From contig DBCZ01000084.1 in the NCBI GenBank assembly GCA_002293315.1, forward strand, positions 2,334 to 36,090: a stretch of 33,757 nt of DNA, written 5' to 3'. The notes below the pieces were generated by a model. It made no database searches. It saw only the letters and a program-made list of their open reading frames with translations, and was not told where the DNA came from. The stretch comes from Ruminococcaceae bacterium UBA945. Lineage in GTDB: Bacteria > Bacillota > Clostridia > Oscillospirales > Acutalibacteraceae. Made by a program: the position numbers and the translations under genes. This document shows, piece by piece, positions 16,639 through 28,071 of this stretch (positions are counted from its first letter, which is position 1; the number at the start of each line of letters is the position of its first letter).

Positions 16639-16861
16639 AATGATAATTCCAAGAATCGTCGCTACCTTGAAGAAAGTGACAAATAGAGAAATAGGTTTTA
16701 ATATATGGCAAACCTCATACTATGACCACGTTATTCGCAATAATGCTGATTATCAGCGCGTATGGTTGTATATAGATGAAAATCCGGTAAAATGGAAAGA
16801 AGATAAATATTTCCTGACATAATAGCATATAATAAGAATTCAAAAAAGGGAAGTGAGAAGT

Positions 16862-18607
16862 ATGATTAGAAAAACCAAGATTATCTGCACGCTGGGGCCT
16901 TCAACGGACGACGAGAGAGTGCTGCGCGAGATTATGCTCAAGGGCATGAACGGCGCGCGCTTCAATTTCTCTCATGCCACGCATGAAGACGCGCGGAAAA
17001 AGATGGATATGGTGGTTCGGCTGAGAGAAGAGCTGAACCTGCCAATCCCCACGATTCTCGACACAAAAGGGCCGGAGATTAGGCTTAAGACGTTCAAGGA
17101 GGGTAAGGTGACCCTGCAGGCCGGCGACGCGTTTGTCCTCACCACGCGTGAGGTTGAGGGCGATGTGAATCGGGTTTCGATAACATATGATGAGCTTCCG
17201 AATGATTTGAAGACGGGCGCGTCGGTGCTTATCGACGACGGGCTTATCGAGCTGCAGGTTATGCAGATAAACGGGCCTGACATCATTTGCGAGATAATTG
17301 ACGGCGGCGAGGTTTCGAACCATAAGGGCGTGAATGTGCCCGGCACAAGGCTTTCCATGCCGTTCATAAGTGACCGCGACAGGGCCGACATCATCTTCGG
17401 CATAGAGGCGGGCTTCGATTTTATCGCCGCTTCGTTCACACGCAGCGCAGAGGATATTCTCGCGATAAGAAGCATACTTAAAGAGCATAACTGCCACACG
17501 ATAAATATCATCGCCAAAATCGAAAATATGGAGGGCGTGGATAACATAGACGAAATCCTGCGTGTGGCGGACGGCATAATGGTTGCCAGAGGAGACATGG
17601 GTGTTGAGATTCCGCTGGAGGACGTCCCCGTTTTGCAAAAGAGGCTCATACACAAGGCGTATCAAGCGGGTAAGCAGGTTATCACGGCGACGCAGATGCT
17701 GGATTCCATGATGAAAAATCCGCGTCCGACAAGGGCGGAAGCCACTGACGTGGCCAATGCCATATACGACGGCACAAGCTGCATCATGCTTTCCGGCGAG
17801 ACGGCGGCGGGGAAATATCCTGTTGAGGCGGTTGAGACAATGGTGCGCATAGCCGAAAAAGCAGAAAGCGACATAAATTATGTCCGTCGTTTCAACAACA
17901 GAGATAACAGCGACATCGCATTTGACGTTACGAATGCAATATCACATGCCACCTGCACAACGGCGCACGACCTCGGTGCCTCGGCGATTATCACGGTGAC
18001 GAAGTCCGGCATAACAGCAAGGCAGATTTCGAAATTCCGCCCGAACAGCCCGATTGTCGGCTGCACGACGGAGGAAAATGTCTGCCGCCAGCTTAATCTT
18101 TCATGGAATGTCGTCCCAATTGTGATAGAAGAGGAAACCGATACGGACGCTCTGTTTGATGCGGCGGTTCATGCAGCCGAGAAAACAGGCGTAGCCAAAA
18201 GCGGTGACATCGTTGTCATCACGGCGGGAATGCCGCTGGGCATAACGGGCACAACAAACATGATGAAGGTTCATCTGGTCGGCAATGTGCTGCTGACAGG
18301 CGTGGGCATAACTGAAAAAAGCGTCTCGGCAAGGCTTTGCGTTTGCAGTGTTCCCGGTGAACTTGCAAAGAGCTTCCGTGACGGCGACATCATTGTAATC
18401 CCCGAGACAAGCAATGAAATTGTGGATTATATGCGGCGTTCATCGGGCATAATAACAGAGATGGCAGGCACGAACACGCATGCCGCAATCGTCGGGCTGG
18501 CGATGGATATACCCGTCATCACGGGCGCGAAGAACGCCACAGGCATTCTAAAAAGCGGCGCCGTGGTGACGCTGGACGCAAAGACAGGCTACGTTTCGAG
18601 CTGCTGA
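16862..18607 (+). CDS. pyk: Pyruvate kinase with extra C-terminal PEP-utilising swivel domain
   Basis: RKTKIICTLGP, DTKGPEIR, IIAKIEN, MVARGDMGVE, ATQMLDSM..PRPTRAE, MLSGETA; C-terminal THAAIVG. Confidence 0.97.
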   Translation: MIRKTKIICTLGPSTDDERVLREIMLKGMNGARFNFSHATHEDARKKMDMVVRLREELNLPIPTILDTKGPEIRLKTFKEGKVTLQAGDAFVLTTREVEGDVNRVSITYDELPNDLKTGASVLIDDGLIELQVMQINGPDIICEIIDGGEVSNHKGVNVPGTRLSMPFISDRDRADIIFGIEAGFDFIAASFTRSAEDILAIRSILKEHNCHTINIIAKIENMEGVDNIDEILRVADGIMVARGDMGVEIPLEDVPVLQKRLIHKAYQAGKQVITATQMLDSMMKNPRPTRAEATDVANAIYDGTSCIMLSGETAAGKYPVEAVETMVRIAEKAESDINYVRRFNNRDNSDIAFDVTNAISHATCTTAHDLGASAIITVTKSGITARQISKFRPNSPIVGCTTEENVCRQLNLSWNVVPIVIEEETDTDALFDAAVHAAEKTGVAKSGDIVVITAGMPLGITGTTNMMKVHLVGNVLLTGVGITEKSVSARLCVCSVPGELAKSFRDGDIIVIPETSNEIVDYMRRSSGIITEMAGTNTHAAIVGLAMDIPVITGAKNATGILKSGAVVTLDAKTGYVSSC

Positions 18608-18616
18608 TTAAAAGAG

Positions 18617-18646
18617 AAAAAGCTCTCCGCTTAAGGAGAGCTTTTT
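18617..18646. terminator. Bidirectional terminator between pyk and the beta-galactosidase gene
   Basis: AAAAAGCTCTCC-GCTTAA-GGAGAGCTTTTT. Confidence 0.85.
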
Positions 18647-18657
18647 AATGCCGCCGG

Positions 18658-21660
<3,003 letters not shown>

Positions 21661-21692
21661 TCATGATTTGCTTTACAAAAATTCAATAAAAG

Positions 21693-21755
21693 TTGACCTT
21701 TTGCCAAACTGTCTATATACTTAAAAAGGTTACCGCAAGAGAGGAGAATAGTCAA
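21693..21755. promoter_or_regulatory. Two face-to-face sigma-A promoters serving the divergent lacZ and GT-C genes
   Basis: Plus strand TTGACC(21693)-17 nt-TATACT(21721); minus strand TTGACT(21755)-17 nt-TAACCT(21727). Confidence 0.55.
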
Positions 21756-21808
21756 GGATAATTCACTTTTTTGCCGTCACTTCACAAATAATTCTTCATG
21801 GAGAGCGT

Positions 21809-24800
21809 ATGACGTTCAGCTTTTTCATCTCAATCCTCTTCGCTTCGGCGATTTTGCTGCTCACCTTTTTGAATAAAAGGGTGGCGCTGAATGAAAAAAC
21901 AATCACAATTTTGGTGGCATTTACATTTGCCTCCGCCTTTGTCATGCGTATTCTTCTGGGATATTTCGGTGAAACCTTCTTTACCGACATGAACCTGTTC
22001 AAGTTCTGGGGCAGCGTGATAAGCGAGGTGGGCTTTGGCCGCGCGTATAACGAGGTCTATATAGATTATCCGCCGGGGTATCTCTATATCCTCACGCTCC
22101 TTGATAAGCTCCGTCTGCTTTTCGGGCTTACGGAAGACAGCCCGATGTATACGCTTCTGTTCAAGATGCCGTCAATTCTTTCAGACATGGCAATGGGCGT
22201 TATCATCTATAAAATCGCAAGGAAGAAAAAAGCAGGCACGGCGGCGCTTTTTCTCACGGCAATTTTCCTGTTTAATCCGGTTATTTTCTTTAACTCGGCG
22301 ATATGGGGGCAGATTGATTCAATTTGCACGCTTGTCTTGCTGCTCTCGATAGTCTTCTTGTATAAGGAAAGATATATACCCTCGGCCTTAATCTTCGGGC
22401 TTGCCATCGCCATGAAGCCGCAAATGCTGGTTTTCGTGCCGGTTTATTTGTTTTTCATGATAAAAAAGAGGAAGCCGGTCCAGCTGTTCGTCGGAATTCT
22501 CGCGGCCTTTGCGGTTATTCTTCTGTTGGCCGTTCCGTTCTCCGCGGGGGATAATCTATGGTGGCTCGTTGATAAATATGCCGGCACGATGGAGTATTAT
22601 AACTTCTATTCCGTCAACGCGATGAACCTTTTCAGTATGTTCGGCCTCAATTGGCGCTGGCTGCCCGAAGAGCCGCTGAAGATGATTCTCACCGTGGCAG
22701 GGCCGGTTCTCGCGACTGTATTCTGCGGCGCGGTTATCTTTCGGCGTAAGGAGAATGATTCCGTTTTCATCGCACCGGCGGCGCTGATGACGGTGGTGTA
22801 TATTTTCACGGTGAAAATGCATGAGCGCTATCTTTACACGGCGTTTGTGTTTATTCTCCTCGCGTATGTGTTCATCCGAGACAAAAGGCTGCTCTATGCC
22901 TATTCAAGCGCCTCTTTTGTGCATTTCCTGTGCGTCTATCTCATCTTCCATTATTTCGAGCATCAGGGCGGCTACTACGAGCCTAACAGCTCTATGACGG
23001 TTGTGCTGTCGGTTTTCCAGGTGGTGGTATGCATATATCTGATCTATGTGATTTTCAGCATTTACGTAATGGGCTCAAAGCGATTGTTAGAGCATGAGAG
23101 TGAACCGCCGATAGAGGAAATTCCCCTCAAGGACGCGGAGCGCATAAAAGCGCCGATTTTCCAAAGTGAAATCGACTCAAAGCTGCGCAGGCCGGACATA
23201 ATCCTTATGGCGGGAATCACGCTGATTTACGCCCTCGTGGGCTTCTGGCAGCTCGGCTCTAATGAAATGCCGAACACCCCATGGCTGCCCGATACAGGAG
23301 AAAGCGTAATCCTTGAAGCGGAGGATTATACAGACACCGTGACGTATATCGCGGGCATTGCGCCGGACAATAACCACTATGCCGCGCGTATCGGAGTAAA
23401 ATGCAAGCTTGAGACGTCAAATGACATGAAGACATGGGAAAATCACGGCGAGCTTTATGACGCCCATGTCTACGACTATAAAGAATATCCGCTGCCCGAG
23501 GCGGCGAAATATGTCCGTCTCACGGCGCTGGACGGCAAGGTGGCCATCAACGAGGTGTTGTTCAGGAAATATGGCGAAGATAAGCGCGGAAAAGCAACGC
23601 TGGTTGCGGGGAGCAGAGGCGGAGAAGCGCTGGTGGACGAGCAGAATGAAGCCGCGCTTTATCCCACGTATTATGACGAGACATACTTCGATGAAATCTA
23701 CCATGCGCGCACGGCCTATGAGCATATCCTCGGGCTTGAGCCGTATGAGAACACTCACCCGCCGCTCGGCAAGCTGATTATCGCGGCGGGCATAGAGATT
23801 TTCGGCATGAATCCGTTTGGCTGGCGCTTCATGGGCGCGCTTTTCGGGGTGCTCATGCTGCCGGTGCTTTATCATCTCATTAAGCAGCTCGTCGGCAAAA
23901 CGCTGCTTGCGTCTGTCGGCACACTGCTGTTCGCCTTCGATTTCATGCACTTCACACAGACGAGAATCGCGACGATTGACACCTATGCCGTGTTCTTCAT
24001 TCTCCTGATGTACGACATGATGGTCATCTTCATGCGCAAGGACATTAAAACGGCAAGCATGCGCAGCATGATTCTGCCGCTTGCGCTCTCCGGCATATTC
24101 ATGGGGCTGGGTGCGGCGTCCAAGTGGACGGTGCTCTACGGCGCGGTGGGGCTGGCCGTGCTGTTCTTCACGAAGATAGCAGTGGCATATATGAACGAAA
24201 AACGCAGCGGCGGAGACACAGCCTTGGTAATCGAGAAAATATTCTGGATATGCGCATGGTGTATACTTTGGTTCTTGCTTGTTCCGTTCGCGATATATTT
24301 CGCCGCGTTTTTGCCGCAGACAACCTTGCCGCATAATTCGGCGTGGGATTCTTTCATAAATTATCAGCGCGGCATGTTCGGGTATCATTCCACACTGAAC
24401 GCCGAACACCCCTTCGCGTCGCCGTGGTATGAATGGCCGATGGACTGGCGGCCGATATGGTTCTATGATAACAAAGACGTAGGCAGGCTTGACGCCATCA
24501 GCAGTATCACGTCAATGGGCAATCCGGTTCTCTGGTGGGCGGGAATTCCTGCAATGCTGGGCGCGGTTATACTCGCTATAAAGGAGAAGAGCCGTGCGTG
24601 CTTCGTGGCGGCGGTAGGCTTTCTTTCAGTATATCTGCCATGGGTGCTGGTGCCTCGGATTTCCTTCATCTACCATTATTTTACTGCCGTGCCATTTATG
24701 ATAATCGCCCTTATGATTTGCTTCAACTGGCTGATGACGCGTAAAAGCGCACGTTCGGGTCTGCGTCACGCATTGCGGCACGCGGAGGGAGGCATAGGCA

Positions 24801-24949
24801 CATCGGAAGCCGGCAAGGTTATTCTTTGCATATTCACCGCAGTTTGCCTGCTGCTGTTTGCAGTTTATTTCCCGGTCATTTCCGGCATGACGACCACCGT
24901 GCAATATGCGAACGCGCTTGAGCTTTTGCCGTATTGGTATTTCGCATAG
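21809..24949 (+). CDS. Tandem GT-C glycosyltransferase: GT87/PIG-M-like module, extracellular beta domain, protein O-mannosyltransferase (GT39/PMT) module
   Basis: N-module: TDM..F..W, DYPPGYLY, NSAIWGQIDS, KPQ, MHERY. C-module: YFDEIYHAR, HPPLGK, FGWRF, TRIATID, SKW, HPFASPWYEWP..RPIW, GNPVLWW, FIYHYF. Confidence 0.8.
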   Translation: MTFSFFISILFASAILLLTFLNKRVALNEKTITILVAFTFASAFVMRILLGYFGETFFTDMNLFKFWGSVISEVGFGRAYNEVYIDYPPGYLYILTLLDKLRLLFGLTEDSPMYTLLFKMPSILSDMAMGVIIYKIARKKKAGTAALFLTAIFLFNPVIFFNSAIWGQIDSICTLVLLLSIVFLYKERYIPSALIFGLAIAMKPQMLVFVPVYLFFMIKKRKPVQLFVGILAAFAVILLLAVPFSAGDNLWWLVDKYAGTMEYYNFYSVNAMNLFSMFGLNWRWLPEEPLKMILTVAGPVLATVFCGAVIFRRKENDSVFIAPAALMTVVYIFTVKMHERYLYTAFVFILLAYVFIRDKRLLYAYSSASFVHFLCVYLIFHYFEHQGGYYEPNSSMTVVLSVFQVVVCIYLIYVIFSIYVMGSKRLLEHESEPPIEEIPLKDAERIKAPIFQSEIDSKLRRPDIILMAGITLIYALVGFWQLGSNEMPNTPWLPDTGESVILEAEDYTDTVTYIAGIAPDNNHYAARIGVKCKLETSNDMKTWENHGELYDAHVYDYKEYPLPEAAKYVRLTALDGKVAINEVLFRKYGEDKRGKATLVAGSRGGEALVDEQNEAALYPTYYDETYFDEIYHARTAYEHILGLEPYENTHPPLGKLIIAAGIEIFGMNPFGWRFMGALFGVLMLPVLYHLIKQLVGKTLLASVGTLLFAFDFMHFTQTRIATIDTYAVFFILLMYDMMVIFMRKDIKTASMRSMILPLALSGIFMGLGAASKWTVLYGAVGLAVLFFTKIAVAYMNEKRSGGDTALVIEKIFWICAWCILWFLLVPFAIYFAAFLPQTTLPHNSAWDSFINYQRGMFGYHSTLNAEHPFASPWYEWPMDWRPIWFYDNKDVGRLDAISSITSMGNPVLWWAGIPAMLGAVILAIKEKSRACFVAAVGFLSVYLPWVLVPRISFIYHYFTAVPFMIIALMICFNWLMTRKSARSGLRHALRHAEGGIGTSEAGKVILCIFTAVCLLLFAVYFPVISGMTTTVQYANALELLPYWYFA

Positions 24950-24963
24950 ATTAGGAGGAGGCT

Positions 24964-25782
24964 ATGAAAATCGCAACGTTTTTCGACCATATTCTCAGCA
25001 TTTCCGAGCAGGAAGATGTGCCTGTAAAAGAGGCGCTCATGCTTGCGAAGAGCCTCGGCGTGGAGCTGCTGGAGGTCTCAAGCGGCAATATCGCCGTCAC
25101 AGGAAAAGAGGAGATAAAAAAGCTTCTTGATGAAACCGGCCTGGGCGTTTCGGAGATATGCGCTTATTTCGACTGGGGCCGAAAAGCGGTTTCCGCTGAG
25201 GACATTGCCATGCTTGACACGGCGGAATACTTGGGCGCAAATAAAATGCTGGTAATTCCGGGCTTCCATGCCGAGAGCGATTCAGCAGACGAAAGGGAGC
25301 GACAAACACTAAGCATGATTTCCGCTATAAACGCCTATGCAGAGGAGGCCGAGAAGCGCGGGATTCTGCTCGTCATGGAGGATTTTGATTCGCCGCTGGC
25401 GGCATTTTGCAATATAGAAGGCGTCGCGCGGTTCCTTGATAATGCGCCGAAGCTGGATTTCGCCCTTGATACAGGCAATTTCCTGCCGTCAGGGGAGAGC
25501 GTTTTCGCTGCTTTTGAGCGCTTCAAGGGGAGGATACGGCATGTTCACTTGAAGGACAGAGCGACCGCAGACCCACATGACGGCTCTGAGGCAAGAGAGA
25601 TAAACGGCATGAAGATGTATCCCTGCCCCGTGGGGAGCGGCGAGATAGACATAGCCGTGATAATCGGGAAAATCAAGGAGACGGGGTATGACGGCACATA
25701 TACGGCGGAGTTTTACGGCTCGCCGAACGCGCTGGATTATTTGAGGAGGTCGATAGCGTTTTTGAAGAAAAGTTTTGCATAG
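24964..25782 (+). CDS. Sugar phosphate isomerase/epimerase, xylose-isomerase-like TIM barrel
   Basis: Metal-ligand motifs MED, LDTGNF, HVHLKD, GSGEID, GYDG..TAE; AGGAGG RBS. Confidence 0.82.
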   Translation: MKIATFFDHILSISEQEDVPVKEALMLAKSLGVELLEVSSGNIAVTGKEEIKKLLDETGLGVSEICAYFDWGRKAVSAEDIAMLDTAEYLGANKMLVIPGFHAESDSADERERQTLSMISAINAYAEEAEKRGILLVMEDFDSPLAAFCNIEGVARFLDNAPKLDFALDTGNFLPSGESVFAAFERFKGRIRHVHLKDRATADPHDGSEAREINGMKMYPCPVGSGEIDIAVIIGKIKETGYDGTYTAEFYGSPNALDYLRRSIAFLKKSFA

Positions 25783-25805
25783 CTGAACATTTGAATGTAA
25801 AACCC

Positions 25806-25839
25806 ACTTGGCAGGCTTAAAGCTTGCCAAGTGTTTTTT
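25806..25839 (+). terminator. Intrinsic terminator after the epimerase gene
   Basis: CACTTGGCAGGC-TTAAA-GCTTGCCAAGTG followed by TTTTTT. Confidence 0.8.
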
Positions 25840-25873
25840 GCGTGAAAATTATTCCTCAATTTTCACGCAAAAA
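25835..25873. repeat. Perfect 16-bp inverted repeat with a 7-nt spacer
   Basis: TTTTTGCGTGAAAATT-ATTCCTC-AATTTTCACGCAAAAA, ending 3 bp before a -35 box. Confidence 0.85.
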
Positions 25874-25876
25874 GCA

Positions 25877-25904
25877 TTGACGCCTCTAATAGTGGGGGTA
25901 TACT
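25877..25904 (+). promoter_or_regulatory. Sigma-A promoter of the orphan membrane gene
   Basis: TTGACG-16 nt-TATACT. Confidence 0.6.
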
Positions 25905-25990
25905 GTAGTCACAGAGATGTGAAACAGTCAAAGATATTTGGGAATACCGCTTTAATGAACGGGAGCAAACCATAACTACAGGAGATAGTA

Positions 25991-26362
25991 ATGAGAAAAT
26001 CAAGTTCAAAAATCATTGCAGGTTTTACTATCAGTTTTTTAGTTCTTATTCTTGTATGGCTTATTACGATTTTTCCCAATGCACAATCCATGCCCATGGG
26101 TTATTTGAGCATGGGATTCTTCGTGATAATTCCTGTGAGCACTCTTTTGTGTGGTTTGTTGGTAGGGCTCTCCGGATATTTGATAGCTATAAGCTATCCT
26201 ATCATTGTGACAGGTGGTTCAGTATTAGTGAATTATTTTTCCTATGGGATTAACCAATTTAACATCTCCCTTGATTTGCTGATTATTCTTCCACTTATAC
26301 CGTCACTTATCGGATTTAGCGCAGGAATGATTATCTTCCACTTCAGGAAAAAGAGAGCATGA
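25991..26362 (+). CDS. Hypothetical 4-TM membrane protein
   Basis: AGGAG RBS, own promoter, four hydrophobic stretches, basic N- and C-termini; AT-rich. Confidence 0.7.
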   Translation: MRKSSSKIIAGFTISFLVLILVWLITIFPNAQSMPMGYLSMGFFVIIPVSTLLCGLLVGLSGYLIAISYPIIVTGGSVLVNYFSYGINQFNISLDLLIILPLIPSLIGFSAGMIIFHFRKKRA

Positions 26363-26450
26363 GTATCATCGCGTTCCAAAGTAGGAAAACCTTCAAGCTC
26401 AAGTGTAGGAACACATACGAATTAACCGGCAGTTGCAGAAAGACAGATAA

Positions 26451-26482
26451 TAGAAGTGGAGAGCATATGCTCTCCACTTCTA
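26451..26482. terminator. Perfect 32-bp palindrome, probable terminator between convergent genes
   Basis: TAGAAGTGGAGAGCAT|ATGCTCTCCACTTCTA. Confidence 0.65.
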
Positions 26483-26494
26483 AAATTGTCAATA

Positions 26495-27919
26495 CTACCT
26501 TATCTTTGCCGTCTCAAGATGCCGGATCTCCTTTCTGTAAAGCCGGACGAATAGGAAAATGCTCAGCGCCACGGAGAAGACCTCGGCTATCGGGAATGCC
26601 CACCAGACCATATGCAGACCTATCGTGGAGAATATGTAGGCGAGAGGGAGAATCAGCAGAAGCTGGCGCATAAGGGAATTGAGCAGGCTGTAGAAGCCCT
26701 TGCCGACCGCCTGGAACACGGTGGAAAGCACTATGCTCATCGCGGCGGGGGTGAAAATCAGCGAGATTGTGCGCAGTGCCTGCGTGCCGATTTCGATAAT
26801 CTCGGGCGAATCAGTGAAAATTCGGAGCAGCTGCTCGGGGAAGAACACGAATAATGCCATTCCCACGAGGCTGAAGATGAAGTCAAAGATAACAGCATAT
26901 TTCAGCGCATCAGTTATGCGCTTTTTGTTTCGCGCGCCGTAGTTGAAGCCTATAATCGGCATTAAGCCCTGATTCATGCCGAAGATAGGCATGAAGATGA
27001 AGCTCTGCAGGCGGAAATAGAGGCCGTAAACCGTGTAGGCCGCCGTGCCGAAGCCGGCGAGAATGCCGTTCATTATCATCGTCAAAAAGCTGCCGATGCT
27101 CTGCATGACGATCGTTGGGAATGCAACGCTGTAAATATCCTTGATGATTTTCCCGTGGAAGCGAAAGCCCTTAAACGTGATTTTAATCTTGTGGCTTCTG
27201 AAAAGCAGCACACATAAGATAATAATCATCGCCGCAATTTGCCCGATAACAGTCGCAATCGCCGCGCCGGTTACACCCATCGCAGGGATAAACCAGAAGC
27301 CGAAGATGAAGAGTGGGTCAAGCACTATGTTTATCACCGCGCCGATAATATGCACAATCATCGGCATTATCATGTTTCCGGTGGACTGCAAAATCTTTTC
27401 GCAGGTGACCTGAATGAAAATGCCGAAGCAGAATATGCAGCAGATTGAGAGATAGCTGTCACCCATTGCGAGAATCTGCGGCGCGTCAGTGAACACGCTG
27501 ATGAAGGCTCTGCTTCCGACGATGCCGAACACTGCGAAGGCAAGTGCGGAGATCAAGGCGAGGATCAGCCCGTGCGTCGCGGTGGAATTTGCATCATGCA
27601 CCCTCTTTTGCCCCAAGCGCCTTGAGATAACCGAAGCTATGCCGACGCCTGTGCCGACGCAGAACGCCCCCATGAGAAAATTGATGGGTGCAGCGAGCGA
27701 AACCGCCGCAAGCGCGTCATCGCTGACCTTTGCGACGTAATAGCTGTCAACCACGTTATACATGGCCGTGATGAACATTGAAAGCATGGCCGGCGGAGAC
27801 ATCGTGAGAATCAACCGAAGGACAGACTGCGTCCCGAGCTTATTCTTTGCGGGGTCGTCAACCATCGTCTCCTCTGCAGCCTCTTCTATGGCCTCGTCTG
27901 TCGAATTGAAATCTGACAT
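26495..27919 (-). CDS. MATE-family efflux transporter
   Basis: LGTQSV..MYNVVDSYYV..ALAAV, NIVLDPLFIFG..MGVTGAAIATVIGQ, PIIGFNYGARN; about 12 TMs. GAGGAG RBS favours ATG 27919 over 27934. Confidence 0.92.
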   Translation of the reverse strand: MSDFNSTDEAIEEAAEETMVDDPAKNKLGTQSVLRLILTMSPPAMLSMFITAMYNVVDSYYVAKVSDDALAAVSLAAPINFLMGAFCVGTGVGIASVISRRLGQKRVHDANSTATHGLILALISALAFAVFGIVGSRAFISVFTDAPQILAMGDSYLSICCIFCFGIFIQVTCEKILQSTGNMIMPMIVHIIGAVINIVLDPLFIFGFWFIPAMGVTGAAIATVIGQIAAMIIILCVLLFRSHKIKITFKGFRFHGKIIKDIYSVAFPTIVMQSIGSFLTMIMNGILAGFGTAAYTVYGLYFRLQSFIFMPIFGMNQGLMPIIGFNYGARNKKRITDALKYAVIFDFIFSLVGMALFVFFPEQLLRIFTDSPEIIEIGTQALRTISLIFTPAAMSIVLSTVFQAVGKGFYSLLNSLMRQLLLILPLAYIFSTIGLHMVWWAFPIAEVFSVALSIFLFVRLYRKEIRHLETAKIR

Positions 27920-28042
27920 TTTTGCGCTCCTCATAGTTTAGTAAATTAACAATTAACTCATAATATATCATAAATCTATTATAGAATAATTCCCGAAGGA
28001 GAAATATAGTTTTTAATAATTTGAGAACAATCTTCAAATTGA

Positions 28043-28071
28043 TTGGCTACAGCGTGAATATGTGGTATAAT
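28043..28071 (+). promoter_or_regulatory. Sigma-A promoter upstream of secA
   Basis: TTGGCT-17 nt-TATAAT with TG extension; further TATAAT boxes at 28168 and 28198. Confidence 0.6.

Larger units (their letters stand above)
16289..16822 (+). mobile_element. REP-associated tyrosine transposase (RAYT/TnpA-REP, Y1 HUH family)
   Basis: RL..YNYSQEG.FFITVC, HUH motif MPNHVHML, WQTSYYDHVIRN, catalytic Tyr in YIDENP.KW; AGGAG RBS. Confidence 0.88.

Noticed and set aside
16289-16822. IS200/IS605 insertion sequence
   Set aside because: No tnpB and no subterminal hairpins in the flanks; the motifs (YNYS, WQxSYYDHVIR, YIxxNP) and GTAG REPs point to a RAYT.
23417-24409. 330-aa antisense ORF, and similar long antisense ORFs at 2532-3386, 7402-8136, 15324-15983, 16901-17665 and 29113-30000
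   Set aside because: Each lies opposite a well-supported gene and has no recognisable motifs; these are expected shadow ORFs from codon bias.
26379-26415. Two GTAGGAA words as extra REP copies
   Set aside because: They lack the GC-rich palindrome and do not match the RAYT-associated REP beyond GTAGG.
26359-26673. 104-aa ORF overlapping the orphan gene stop and the MATE 3' end
   Set aside because: It runs through the 32-bp palindrome and antisense into the MATE gene, with no protein-like features.
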